A stretch of 54,263 bases of DNA, the filler included, from Sphacelaria rigidula (lineage: Eukaryota), in assembly GCA_964200075.2 (NCBI GenBank). It is 3 parts of 3 records of this genome, joined end to end, with 100 filler letters (N's around TTAATTAATTAA, not from the genome) between each part and the next. Parts side by side here need not be neighbours in the genome. Positions count along the whole stretch, not along the records: positions 1 to 18,022 come from CAXNAA020000934.1; positions 18,123 to 36,144 come from CAXNAA020000935.1; 1 more part is not named here. One strand, given 5' to 3'. Of this stretch, positions 12,001-23,400 are shown in pieces. Each line of letters opens with the position of its first letter. Within the stretch, counting starts at the first letter, position 1. The translations under genes and the position numbers were made by a program. The notes beneath the pieces are model-generated. The model did no database searches and was not told the origin of the DNA. It saw only the letters and a program-made list of their open reading frames with translations.

Positions 12001-14870
12001 TCTCACGTGAAATGACCTGGCCTCTACACACTTGAGTTTGGAGTGAAAGAACAAATGAAAGTGACACTATGGGTCTACGTAACGATACTTTGGTTCAGCT
12101 TTTGATTTGGCTGTGATACCACGCAGCGGAGCTGTACATTGTAAACGGTATATCCAGAGCGTCCGGAAGTTTCTCTGCGTTGCATATTCTCAGCGGAAGG
12201 GTCGTGGCGTGTCACCTGTTCCGCCAAGCACCCCGCAAGATTGTCCAATCCTGTAGACACATCAGGAGTATCGCTCCCCGATGCTTCTTCCCATAGCGAA
12301 ACGGCGCTTCTGAAAAAGTGCTCAGCTTCGCCATATTTGCCCTTGTGAAGATCGTGTCGCGCCAAGCAAACGGTTACGAGGGGAAACTGTGAGATTATGA
12401 TATAGCTCAAACGTGATTCGCGTGAAGGTAGACAACGATGGGGTGTGTTTCCCTTGAACGACGTTTCGTGGGAAGTAATGTGGCCTACCAAGCATCGCTT
12501 GCGACACAAAGCTATGACATCGCAACATATTCCCCACCTCTCAGTAGCAATTTTAAACATATGAATATAGTGTCGGCTCTCTTACGATGAAACATTTCCA
12601 TGAGACCCATGCTTGGGGTTCGGAAGGCGGGGGCGTTTTCAATAGTCAACTAGTAGTGCTCCAAGTACTCATGGGAAAAACGAAAGTAGGGCTGACGCTG
12701 AGTGCCTGTTTCTCACAAAAGAGCGATATGCATTGCATAAGCACATATTTTAAGGCATCAACGTCTGGCACGAATATGATGTTGATATATCGTTCATTGT
12801 GTTCGACCAGAGCGGGAGTCGATAACCTGTAACTCACGCCAATTGTGAGGGGCGCTTGTGCTTTTACCTGCGACTTTAGTGCAGAGGCGAGGTTGTTACT
12901 GGCACTTGCAGCCAACCGTGCGTTAAGTGTCCACTCTGCAGAAGTTCTCCCGTGAGCAGCTTCTTTGGATTCCATACGCGCCTTGCGTTTGTCATAGCCC
13001 TGCATCAGTGATACCCAGGTGGAAACACACTAAGGCAATGGAAAGGTGCTTAAGAAACCCTGTAAGTAGAAACTTCAAGTCGAGTACTCTCAAGACAAAC
13101 TGCACCGATCAGCTATTAGTGACAGGCGACAAAAGCATAGTCACCTCACGAAAGAGCTGTTCAGCTTCAGAGTAATCTCCACGAGCGTGTTTCAAGAACG
13201 GCAGAGCATCGCCAGTCGACTTCCAGTTACCTCGAGCAAGCTCCACCATTTGGGCCAAAACTTCAGGTCCCATGTTTTGAAACAGATTCTCCGCCTTCAT
13301 TTCCACGGTGACATTCAAACGCCGGGCCCATTCGTAGACAACATGCTGGTCGTCTTTCAGGCTGAAGAAGGACGCAAGATGCAGCTGGATCTCACAAACA
13401 TGTTGCCTCAGGTTCACGAACACTTTCACGTCCCTGTAGCCACCCCTCCTGTAGTTGTGTACAAAGCCATTCCGTACGCTCAAAATTTGTCCCTCCTGCG
13501 GGTACCGCGGTTGGGGAGTGAGGGAAATGAGGTGTCAACAACAACACGCGAAGAGTGTCCACTACATCGTCTAGTGCAAACTACACTGCGAGAACGTCAT
13601 CACAGGATGAGCATGATGTATAACGATCCACAGTTTGCCGTGGAGGATGGCGTTGTGGTGCTTCCAGACAAAGTCCAAACGCACGAAGACCTCGGATGAC
13701 ATCGATGTTACCTGGTGCGAGTCGCGACAACAAGATCACCCCCATCATCTTGCTTTTCTCAAGATCTCGAGTTCTCTGAATAGTTTATCCTTTTGCGGAG
13801 TTCATCATGCTCATGTCCTGCACGCTCCCCTTGCAATAGCTCCGGTGTCCTCAAACTGAACACTGTTGCAACTGCAGGACACGATGCATCCTAGCTCGAA
13901 CTTCTGCGTCAACGTCAACGACCACTCATTCTCAATACCCATCCTGCTCATCGATATCTACATACTTACCTTTACCCGTTGTTTGAGAAGCTCAAACACA
14001 CGAGCGAGACCACGCGACGTATCACAAACCACCGACAACCGCGCCATATCTGTCAACTTCCGAATTCCACCGCATTTTGCTGCCTTGCGCGTTGCGCTTT
14101 CCAGGCTTTTGACGCCTGGTGACACCACATACATTGGGTGCGTTCCTTGGACCGTAGCCTCCACCTCCTCCAAAAGTGTCTCCAGGTACTTGGTAGCGAG
14201 CACAGCGTCGTCTAGATAGTCTTGGGTGGAACCTTCCTCCCGTGGCTGGATAAGATCACCACCAACCGGCGCCTGCTCGCGGACTGTCCGCAGCATGTCA
14301 AGCCCTTGCTCGCGCACAAGTTCGACGTACAGCATATTGGAAGCATCCTCGTGGTGCTTGACCTTGTTAATCTGGAGATACTTGAGCAAGTTTACTCTGG
14401 CGTCACGCTCGATGCTCGGAGAGAGACGGTTCAAGTCTTCCTCGAGGTCCAAGAGTTTGCGGATACCCGTCCGCCAATGTCCTGCCTGGGGTACATGCAA
14501 CGAGGATGGTTTTAAGTACCCTGACGACTGTGCAGCAATTTACGTGGAGTACGCTCAAGGACAGAAAACACGCAAGCTCGGACAGTGATTCGATCTCAGC
14601 ACTGTACGCGCGAGCGCGTTGCTGCGCAAATGAAGATACGTGCAACCACCACATCATACCGTGAGGTCGACGAAGCACAGACAGATTTTTACATCGGCGC
14701 AGAGACCCAAGTAAGACCTTACACTAGTTATGTATACGTTCGATTTCGGATGTAACGGTTGTTGTGCTCACTTGCCTCCATATTCTCCAGGTGCTCCTCG
14801 TCGTTACTGCCGATGACGTCCGTCCGTTTATTCTCCAAGTATGGAGGTGACAAACCGCAAGGTGGGGCAC
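6087..14870 (-). CDS. Multi-exon gene: divergent RelA/SpoT-like (SYNTH-fold) nucleotidyltransferase domain fused to a C-terminal TPR array; 5' and 3' ends unresolved
   Basis: Phase-consistent AG/GT-bounded exons, in transcription order: 14870-14772, 14481-13970, 13495-13145, 12999-12868, 12341-12216, 11598-11473, 11353-11228, 11114-10989, 10603-10478, 10258-10133, 9724-9599, 9119-8994, 6925-6800, 6703-6578, 6203-6087. No stop codon in the joined frame. Tentative extra exons: 15498-15357 upstream and 5953-5852 as terminal exon ending in TGA. Confidence 0.85.
7203..8594. mobile_element. Non-autonomous hAT-type DNA transposon (1392 bp) in an intron of the TPR gene
   Basis: 12-bp terminal inverted repeats TAGGGCTGTGAA (7203) and TTCACAGCCCTA (8583-8594). 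Perfect 8-bp target-site duplication ATGAACAG at 7195-7202 and 8595-8602. Subterminal AAACTGG/CCAGTT repeats at ~8500-8585. No transposase ORF seen. Confidence 0.88.
10764..10875 (+). repeat. (CAAT)n-tailed interspersed repeat, copy inside a TPR-gene intron
   Basis: Collinear with 3888-4002. Confidence 0.75.
13145..14481 (-). CDS. RelA/SpoT-like synthetase-fold domain (exons 14481-13970 and 13495-13145)
   Basis: Joined translation GVKSLESATRK...LTDMARLSVVCD...RVK|EGQILSVRNGF...GGYRDVKVFVN...VCEIQLHL...HVVYE. Motif order and spacing parallel the RSH synthetase motifs RxKxxxSxxxK, DxxGxR, GYxSxH, EIQIRT and HxxY. Confidence 0.75.
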
Positions 14871-17800
14871 CTGGGGAGTAAGTTTCGGAGAGGAAAACGT
14901 CAGACATATATATCATGATGTTGAACCTGCGGCACATTCGAGAGCTTGCGAAATTTTGTTCGTGTTCCAGGATCAGATTCCAGGAGGGCAAACTTGGGAT
15001 GCTGACAAAGAGGTTACGATAAAGTTTTCAGCATCAGGTGGATCCTAATTGGGGACCTTCAAACTGAAGCCTGAAAGTACCACTTCAGTGTTCAGAATAG
15101 CGATGAGGAAGATAGACCGCAAGCACTTCCGTCAGCACCAGTTCACAACCAACATACTCATAACAAGAGCGACGTGGGACATCAATCACAACTCTCGTCC
15201 TCATCACCATGGCTTAGTCACAAAGTAACGAAGTTCGACATCGTAGACAGGCAACCTCCCTACGCTTATGCAGTGGTGTTACCGTGTGCTCGGTTCGTTA
15301 CGTGAAATTGACAAGTACGGTGCGCAGAAGGTGTTGCATTGGGTACAGCTCCTCACCACTGACATCGTTGTGTGCAGCTGGCAGAAGACAACGTGAGAAG
15401 CTCGTGGTGTACCGCGCAGCAGAACTGCACTGCCGGAAGAGGCTGTTGTCGTACGGCTTCGTATGTTCTCCAAGTACAAGTTCTTTACTGAAGTACCACT
15501 GTAATGTGCAAGCGCACCGTACCGCACTGTTTTGTGCTGTGCTGTGCTGTGCCGCTGACGTCGGCACCATTGAACTGGATGGTTGATCGCACATTTGACG
15601 GGGTAACCTGCGACCAATTACTGCGAACGGTTACGCCACGTCTTTCAGCTTCCGTCCTGAAGTTTTTCAAAGTTTTCATCGTGAGATTTTTGCGTGTCGA
15701 GGCTGTGTCTCACCAAATTACGTTCTGAGGCTGTGTTTCATCAAATTACGTTTCGATCGAAAACTTGCGGCGGAGAAGAATTTTTTCGAGCTGGTAGGTC
15801 GTCAGTTTTGCCCATCTCACTCATGTTGAAAGACTTGTCAGATTAAAGTTCATATTTTCCACCGCACTTTTTGAAGAGAAAAATGACGCTAGAAAATGAA
15901 CAGTTCAGGCGCCCAGGACTGTAGCACCAGTGTTCCTGAATCGTCCCACTCGAAACCCAGGGCACGTACTCAGTATTCACGTGCTACTGTACTGCACTGT
16001 ACTGCACTTTACTGTACACTCTATCTTCTATACTGCTGCTGCACTTGGAGATTCCAAAAGGCCTGGAACGCTTCCTCCGATCAGCCATGGCCTTGGGGTG
16101 ATCTCTGCAATTGCCCTGCTCAGTCAACAGTGTGGCCTGAGGGTGGTGTGCCTAGGACAGCACGCGTGAAAGATGACTTTCTGGACAATGAGCCAATCGG
16201 CTCAAACGTCCTCCAAAAGCACGATCGGGATGAATGAAGCTCGACATTTCTTGCTAAGATTTAGTGATGCTGGTCGGCACGAAATCGCCTTTATATTTCT
16301 CTCCGAAAGACCCATGTGCCGTTGTTTTTGTATGATAGGCGAAAATAAAATGTGGCTCGATTAGATAAGGCCATTCTTATCGAGCCAGATGTTCATGACG
16401 ATCGGCAGTTTTCCGTCGGTTTTTCATCTTTTTCAGGCCTATCTCCCCCCAAAACAAACGATCGGCATGAGGGAATCTCGATTCTTTCTTGGCCAAGCTT
16501 CGTTCATGCCGATCGGTATGACAAGGCCTCCACATGGCTCTCGAAGCAACCGATCAGCACCTTTTCATGCCGATCCGTACTAAAATGCGGCCCGAAAAAA
16601 TTGGGCATCAGCAGGGGTAGCGAGGCGGTGTCTTTGCAGTCGCCAGCTACTCAGTGCTGTTCCCTCGAGCGTTCTGTCCTCGTGCTTGAGACTTGGGCAT
16701 CCAAACACACCAAACCTGGTCCTGATGATGCCGAAACCTCCACTATATGGTGCGCTTGATGTCGCAGGTCGTTATTGAGGAAGCAATAGCGGTGACCCGG
16801 GGTGCTTTGTACGCTGCGTGGGTTGGACATACGATTATGATAATCCTAGTGAGCCTCGATCGAGACCACTTGAATGTCTGATTGTAGTCATAGAGGGTAC
16901 AATGTCCAACCGGCGCGGGGGCAGCGGCAAAATCTTGCCAGCATGGCCGCTTAAGTGAACCCGCTCATCGGTCGACGATCGCAAAAATGAAAACAACAAG
17001 CACCGTTCAGGCTTCCGCATATATTGGGGATTGTTGCCGTGAACGTTCGTACGCCGCCTTCCGTAAGACCTCGCGGTGAAGCCGAGCCGGTGCAAACTGT
17101 GTGCTCTGTCAACGACCAATGTGAACCCGTTCGAGAAGGGGGCAACGTCGCCTAACAGGCAGTGCAAGAGCTTGCCCTTTTGACAACACGATATATTTTC
17201 CGCGACAGAGGCGATTGCTACTGTATTCTTTTACCAAAAGCAACATAGAATATCGACAAATGTCGGCTCCTATGTGAAAACTTTGAGAATTCAGCAAGGT
17301 TTACCTTCATTGTTTACTTTTATTTTACTCTTGTATTCTGTCTTTTCGCGTCAAGGCTTTGTGACCGCGGGCGCTAGATTCGCGGAAAAGGGCTGATTTA
17401 AAAAACAACATCCTGGACGACCTTTTGCGGTGTACTTGTACCATCCGACTTGATAAAATGCGACAGAGTATAACTTTCTATAAATCCGCCGTGCTCGAAA
17501 CAAAAGACAGCTGTGCACGAATACTCGAGGAAATTTTAGTCGCGATTCACAGTATCTATCATACTGAGGTTCGACTCGAGCTCATTACATAAACGCCTCC
17601 ATACCATTGAAAGGGAACGCGACTCTATTGGTGTGAGCAGAGGTACATCATCTCTGAAAACATACTGCGCCTATTCTTCCTAGTGCATTTCACGCTATTC
17701 CGTGCTTGCGTGTAATGTTGATGCTTATTGTTGCCCAAGCACTTCGGATGATTGATCTAGCACCCGTGGTGTGGCCGGCGCAGATAGTGACAATCGATAC

Positions 17801-18022
17801 CACGTTGTCAACGTGAGATAACACCCCCACACACGTTCCGATGTTCGAAGCCAATCTCCTAACTACGCGCATGCTTAGAACCCGAGATTAACGCAAAAGG
17901 ATGAAGAGAAGTTAGGATGATATACGACACTGCGACGGGTACTGGGGAAATCCCCCCCCCCCCCCCCCCCCCCCACACCGCAGGTTTTGAGCCGGGGCCG
18001 TCCCCCGGGGGTGGGCTGACAA

Positions 18023-18122
18023 NNNNNNNNNNNNNNNNNNNNNNNNNNNNNNNNNNNNNNNNNNNNTTAATTAATTAANNNNNNNNNNNNNNNNNNNNNN
18101 NNNNNNNNNNNNNNNNNNNNNN
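18023..18122. other. Assembly gap (100-nt N spacer containing TTAATTAATTAA)
   Basis: N run with an embedded all-frame-stop linker at 18067-18078. Confidence 0.97.
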
Positions 18123-18470
18123 CTCCCTCCCGGGTTTGTAGGGATGCGAGGTCAATGGTCTTATGACTACGGCATCCCTCTTTATTAGTTCCCCCCCCCC
18201 CCCCCCCCCGTCAACCTGTTGTAGTGTATCTGGGATGCGACTATCGTACAGTTTTTTTTCGGTGGCATGTAAGTGTCGTTTGCCAATCACAGGTGAACTT
18301 GTACAACTTCAAGACGGCGGTCCGTGTGTTCCTTCATTTTTTGTTTCACTCTTCATTGATTACCGGAGCACTGGTTTGATGCAGTACAGTTGTTGCGTGG
18401 GTGCAAGACTTGATACGGAGCTGGCGATATATATATCTCGCGTAACAAGGGTCTGTCAAAGGTATATATG

Positions 18471-18639
18471 GGACACATGGGCCCACAAGATCGAAAATTC
18501 GAGTTTTCGAGGGGGGGGGATACCCAGCCTGCTGTCCCCTAGTTTATTACCGAGGTGTTGGCGGGTGCTTGCCATGAAGACCGCTGAATTGACGGACACA
18601 CCGCCCCTCCCACTTCATCATCTACCGTGACTACATTTA
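18471..18639 (+). repeat. Dispersed repeat (second copy at 22935-23111)
   Basis: Shared GATCGAAAATTCGAGTTTT...CCCAGCCTGCTG...CCTAGTTTATT...GACACACCGCCCCTCC blocks. Confidence 0.8.
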
Positions 18640-20454
18640 TGGGATCATGTTCCGTGTCGTTTGCCTTGACTACCCACCACTAGTAGTCCGGGCAAATTCG
18701 GCGAGGCGTGAGGTAATGTTGCTACTTTGGCCACAGGCTGTCGCTAGAGTGCGCTCACGGATTGTACACAGATGTGTGTGAGTGTTGCCGGCATGCGAGG
18801 TTATCGGGACAGGGCGGGCAAGGAGCAGAAGCAAATATACGACCCTTGCAAAGCCCGCCAGACATGTCTGTGTTTGTCAGTGCATGTTGATCGATTTCTT
18901 TCAACAATTTTATCGGAAAATTACCCTCCGGGAGGGGGAGGGCGTTCCGTGTCCGAAAACTCCCTCCACAGACCCTAGCAAGTGATAAACAGATCACGAA
19001 TCTTGGGATGATGACCTTCCTCGCGCTGCGTCGTAATCCAATGAGTTGGTGCAGATGCTCGAGAGGATGTACAGTGATCATTCAATACAGGCCCAAAAGC
19101 CTCATGAACATTAAGGAGGCTAGGCACGGTGCCTAACCCGAATAAGTCGCGTGAAACACGATGGGGGCTACGCAAGCTCGCGGGTGGGAGGCCCTGCCCA
19201 TATATATAGTTGTGTGATGAATATAATGGGTGAGTCGCACTTCACTTGCACGGCCGTGTTCATCTTATCTGAATTGGCCTCCTCACCGGAAGCCGTGCGA
19301 CCGGGGCCTGTTGTGTACTTGTTCGGGAAAGGTACACAGTGTTGGAAAATTGTCTGTGTCTCGTCTGCACCATTCTGTAGTTCATTTGCAGTACTCGATC
19401 AATCTATTGGTCAACGTGCCGTGGTTTGGACGAGCAAATGTTCGAGTCAATCGATGAATGCGCGTTATATTTTGTTCGTGGGTCGGCGGTTGACCGCGAC
19501 GGATTGTCGGAACATTATGGAAACAGTTGCCGAAATTCAAATGTAACCGAGACTCTTGAGCAACGTTGCTTTCTTGCTTTACTGCACACACATTAAGCGA
19601 GGCACTCGAGCGGCATGCATGAAACACAACACATTCACGGCATAAAATGCGACCGAGTCCAAGTGAACGAAATCGGAACAGAAACCGCCAACCCCAACCC
19701 CAACCTCACCCAGCGGGGAGATCTCCAGCACACAAAAAACATACATAACAAGAAGTACAGGAGGCAACCACCGAGAGAGCGTGATCAGGTTCGCCCCGCT
19801 ATTCCATATACAGTTACACCTACGTTCGTTCTTCAACACCACCCAAATAGCACTCCCGTTGCTTTCATCATACGCCGCAAAAACGTGCAAGGGTAGAGTT
19901 AAAAACCATCGGATATTTCAATACACTACGTCCCACTGACCTGAAGCGGCTAACCGCACGTTCGGGTAAATTTCTATTCCAGTACGCTAACAACATCGGT
20001 TCAAGAGCTTCAAGACTGGGACCCCGTTCCTCTTGGCGAAACGATACAAGAACCAACATACAAGAATTATTTATGAAATCGTATTTACTCATCAGCTACA
20101 GGCACATATCCCTGCAGCCACCCAGTCCCCATGTGCTCGTCGGCCCAACGCTACACACGACACCTTATGGGCAGATAGACATGTAGGTCGTTTCAACGCT
20201 CCAAAAAGGCTCACAGCAGTGCCATGGATCGTTCACCCGGGGCTTCCATCCAGCCACACCCTCGTCAGTAACACCAATGTACGCGAGCTCGTCTCAACGT
20301 CTCCGAACATGTACGGTTACACCGATTTGACATGAGCACAAACCTCCTGCAACAGATTCTCCACTGTAAGACAATCAGCAGGAGGATCTCATATCTCTGC
20401 ACATGTTTTGATGAAGAAGGCGTGCCCCAAAATCTTCCAAGGGAGAGTCATCCG

Positions 20455-23400
20455 TCAGTCCACGGGGTAAATGTCCGAAACAAGGCCCCTTTCTTTGAGC
20501 GACGAGCTGTACGCATCAGCCATCTCTTGGTGCCATATGCCCACCTGAGCCATACCATTATCGTTCGCCTGTTCGACACGAATCGCGAGGCATCGAGTTT
20601 TTCCGGGACAGAAAACGTACAGTCGTGAAAACCGACGTACTGTTGGACGCACAGGTGCGCCAGTATTCGCCCTGATGACAGCTTAAATTGTTACCTCCCT
20701 TCATGCCCGTGTGAGTACGCCCCCCCCCCTTCATGCCCGACACGTCTACATGCAAGTCTAAGACTCGTCCGTCTCCTACCGCCGTTGTCCACCGAAGTTG
20801 GTGTGTGGTCATGCTACTCACGGGGGGCCCAGTTGGCCGCCACCTTCTTCGATCTGAATCACGTCTCGGTCATTCCTCGCAATAAGACTACTCAAACTCA
20901 TGTCCACGAAACACCACCTAGCCCGTTAATCCCCACAGAGCAAGACGTCATTGCTCGTTCACCAACCATCATGGGTGAGGTATGCGTGTGCCCACTATCG
21001 CTCGGTTTCTCTTTCACGATGTTCGCACGGTGTTCTTGTTATGCTCGACTTACTTGATGAAGTCACGTCTATGCCAGACAAAGATCTCAAAGTATCGAAC
21101 CACTGAACCACCGAAGATTAAACGGCTAGGTCCTGCCGCTTGAGAAAGTAACTTATCACCTGTTGCATAATTTGGTAAGCCACGTCCTCCGGCAATCCCA
21201 CCACTTGCACGAGTGACCGAGCCACGAACTCGCGGGTGTTTCCGTTGTCATTGAAAAGCAGCACCTTATACTGGAAACGCGAGAAAATAACACCACAGGA
21301 GAACAACGATGGACGTTAGGGCAGCCGGATGACTGCTTAGAGAAAACAAAAAAGGCACCCCTAGAATAACAGAAAGAAGCGTTGTTGACGTACACGCTAA
21401 ACTTTCATACTCTGGTCAATAGATTACCGTGCCAAAACGTGTACTGCGAATGGTCTATTACCCATCGTTGAATGCAACAGGCTCCATGATCGATCCTATC
21501 GGCAGTATACTTCTAGAAAATGTAATCTTTGTTCAGGGTGTGAAAACTTCCAAGCATCGGTCTTCAGCGTGTGCGTCAGAGGCTGCATTTTTTTGCGCTC
21601 CACCCGGATGTTTTACCCTACATCTGAAGGATACGCCATCAAGTCCGTGCGGAGGCACGAACCGGTGGTGGAAAAAACTGCGTTCCAAAATCTGGTGCAG
21701 TAGGTGATTCTGAAGAACGTATGGGTGCGCCAAAAACCGAAACATACTCGATAAATTATCCAACGCTATTCCAGTTCAAAGAAGAGAACTCAGTTAATGG
21801 GGGGATTTTCGCAGAAGAATATCAATTTCCACTGCACAGTTTTGGAATCAGGAGACATTAGAAGGAGGAAAAGATCGTTCCAGCTGCGCCACACCGACAC
21901 CCTTATGAGACTCTTGAGAACAAGGCTCTCAAAAGTCCGGCAGAAAAAATGCCACCGGTACAGTGCCCATCACCCAGTGAACCCAGTTCTTTTCTTGGCA
22001 AAGTAAGAACTTTTGTCCAAGAACGGTCAAGTCCAGAGAAAAATGGCTATATTTCCTAGATTTGACAGATTCCGACCGTTCTTGGACAATTACTTTTGAT
22101 AAGCCAAAATGAATACTGCGGCCACCGGGGAACGGGAAAATGTCCTGGAACCGCCTCAGCGAGTAGAGCAAGTCATTCCCAAGTGTCAAACTCCGCCTAG
22201 CTTTCTCGTAGGGCGTAAACGACGTATAAGCTCCAAAAAGGCACTTCTCCAGATGTATATTCTTGTCTATTACAGAGCGGGACAGGTGTTGAGAATTCCA
22301 CGCTCACTTCCGGAGAAAATTGAGAAATGACGGGTAAGCATTTATGCTGAAGTCAAGAGGGGAAATAAAAATTAGAAATCGGAGAGTGCAAGAGGGTCGG
22401 AAGGTAAGAATCTGCAAGAATGCACTGCACCTCACAATATAAGAAACTGCCCAACCACCATGGCTACATCAGTCCCCCAAGCAAACTGCCTCCTCTCTTG
22501 AGCTTACAAACAACATCGATCTCCACTGAGGTACCCCGTGGATAATGACAATCTGTACGAAACTCGAACAGTATTGTACTGTATTTTGTTCCGATTTCGT
22601 CTTGTGATACAAGACTGATTGACGTACTGCTTGCTGCTGGCGCACGGTACTTGCAGTCCCTTTTGGCGGAGGGTTTTACTAGAGCCTACTAACAAACAGC
22701 AGAGGGGGGTGTACGGTCGGAAGGGGCGGGCAGAACAACCAGCGCGGAGATTCCGAAACAGGCCGGAAAAACCCGGCAGTCAGTAGCAGGGGGAGGGTAT
22801 AAACGGATTGACGCCCAATGTGCGTAGACCATATCGATTGAGTGGCTGTTTTGGCTACAGTTGTACAGTGCTACAGCACTTTTGCAGTCGTCGGAGGTGG
22901 GTAACATGAGAGCTTCGCCACACATGATTTCGCGACACGAAGGCCCACGAGATCGAAAATTCGAGTTTTTGAGGGGGGGAGGGACACCCAGCCTGCTGTT
23001 CCCTAGTTTATTGCCGAGGCGTTGGCGGGTGCGGTCAGCTGCCGTGTACGGAGATGCTTGGCATGAAGGACACACCGCCCCTCCAAGCTATCACCTACCG
23101 TGGTTACATTTCAACGAGGCCCTGCCCTTTATGCGTTTCTTTCTAAAAAAATTATGCGTCTTGTTCAAAAGGGGGTCATTTTGGAGCGGAAACCCCGCCA
23201 AGACGTTTCAATTACTCGATTCTAGTGTGCAAGACCAAAACCAAGAACGGATCTCATACACCTTTTCGCAGGATCTGGCTCCGTTATTCGAGGTTAGACC
23301 CACTTATCCGGCAACGAATCCCGATCGTTTTTTAGTGACGTGAATCAGCAGGGTCTGGACTCCACAGCACTGCAACACTCTTGCATGGGGCTGAATCGGG

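Larger units (their letters stand above)
6087..12999 (-). repeat. TPR array (42-aa, kinesin-light-chain/TPR_10-12-like units), one repeat per exon
   Basis: Ten 126-nt exons plus one 117-nt and one 132-nt exon, all phase 0-0. Examples: GKHHEADVLYLRSIEIMESTLGPAHPYVATGLNNRGALLDSQ; GRYEEADLFYAHAVAIGERILGPDHPSHALTLNNQANSFNDQ; SKLTEARGVYQRAIAIFEKTLGEGHPNTAMALTNLAVLLKKQ. Confidence 0.93.

Noticed and set aside
6087-12341. Regularly sized repeated units considered as a possible CRISPR-like array
   Set aside because: The units are protein-coding TPR exons with splice sites and divergent nucleotide sequence; there are no identical direct repeats and no cas genes.
13187-13699. 170-aa plus-strand ORF overlapping the SYNTH exon
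   Set aside because: Antisense shadow of the real minus-strand exon; no independent coding signal.
18067-18078. TTAATTAATTAA palindrome inside N runs (also 36189-36200)
   Set aside because: Identical placement within 100-nt N spacers indicates an artificial scaffolding linker, not biology.
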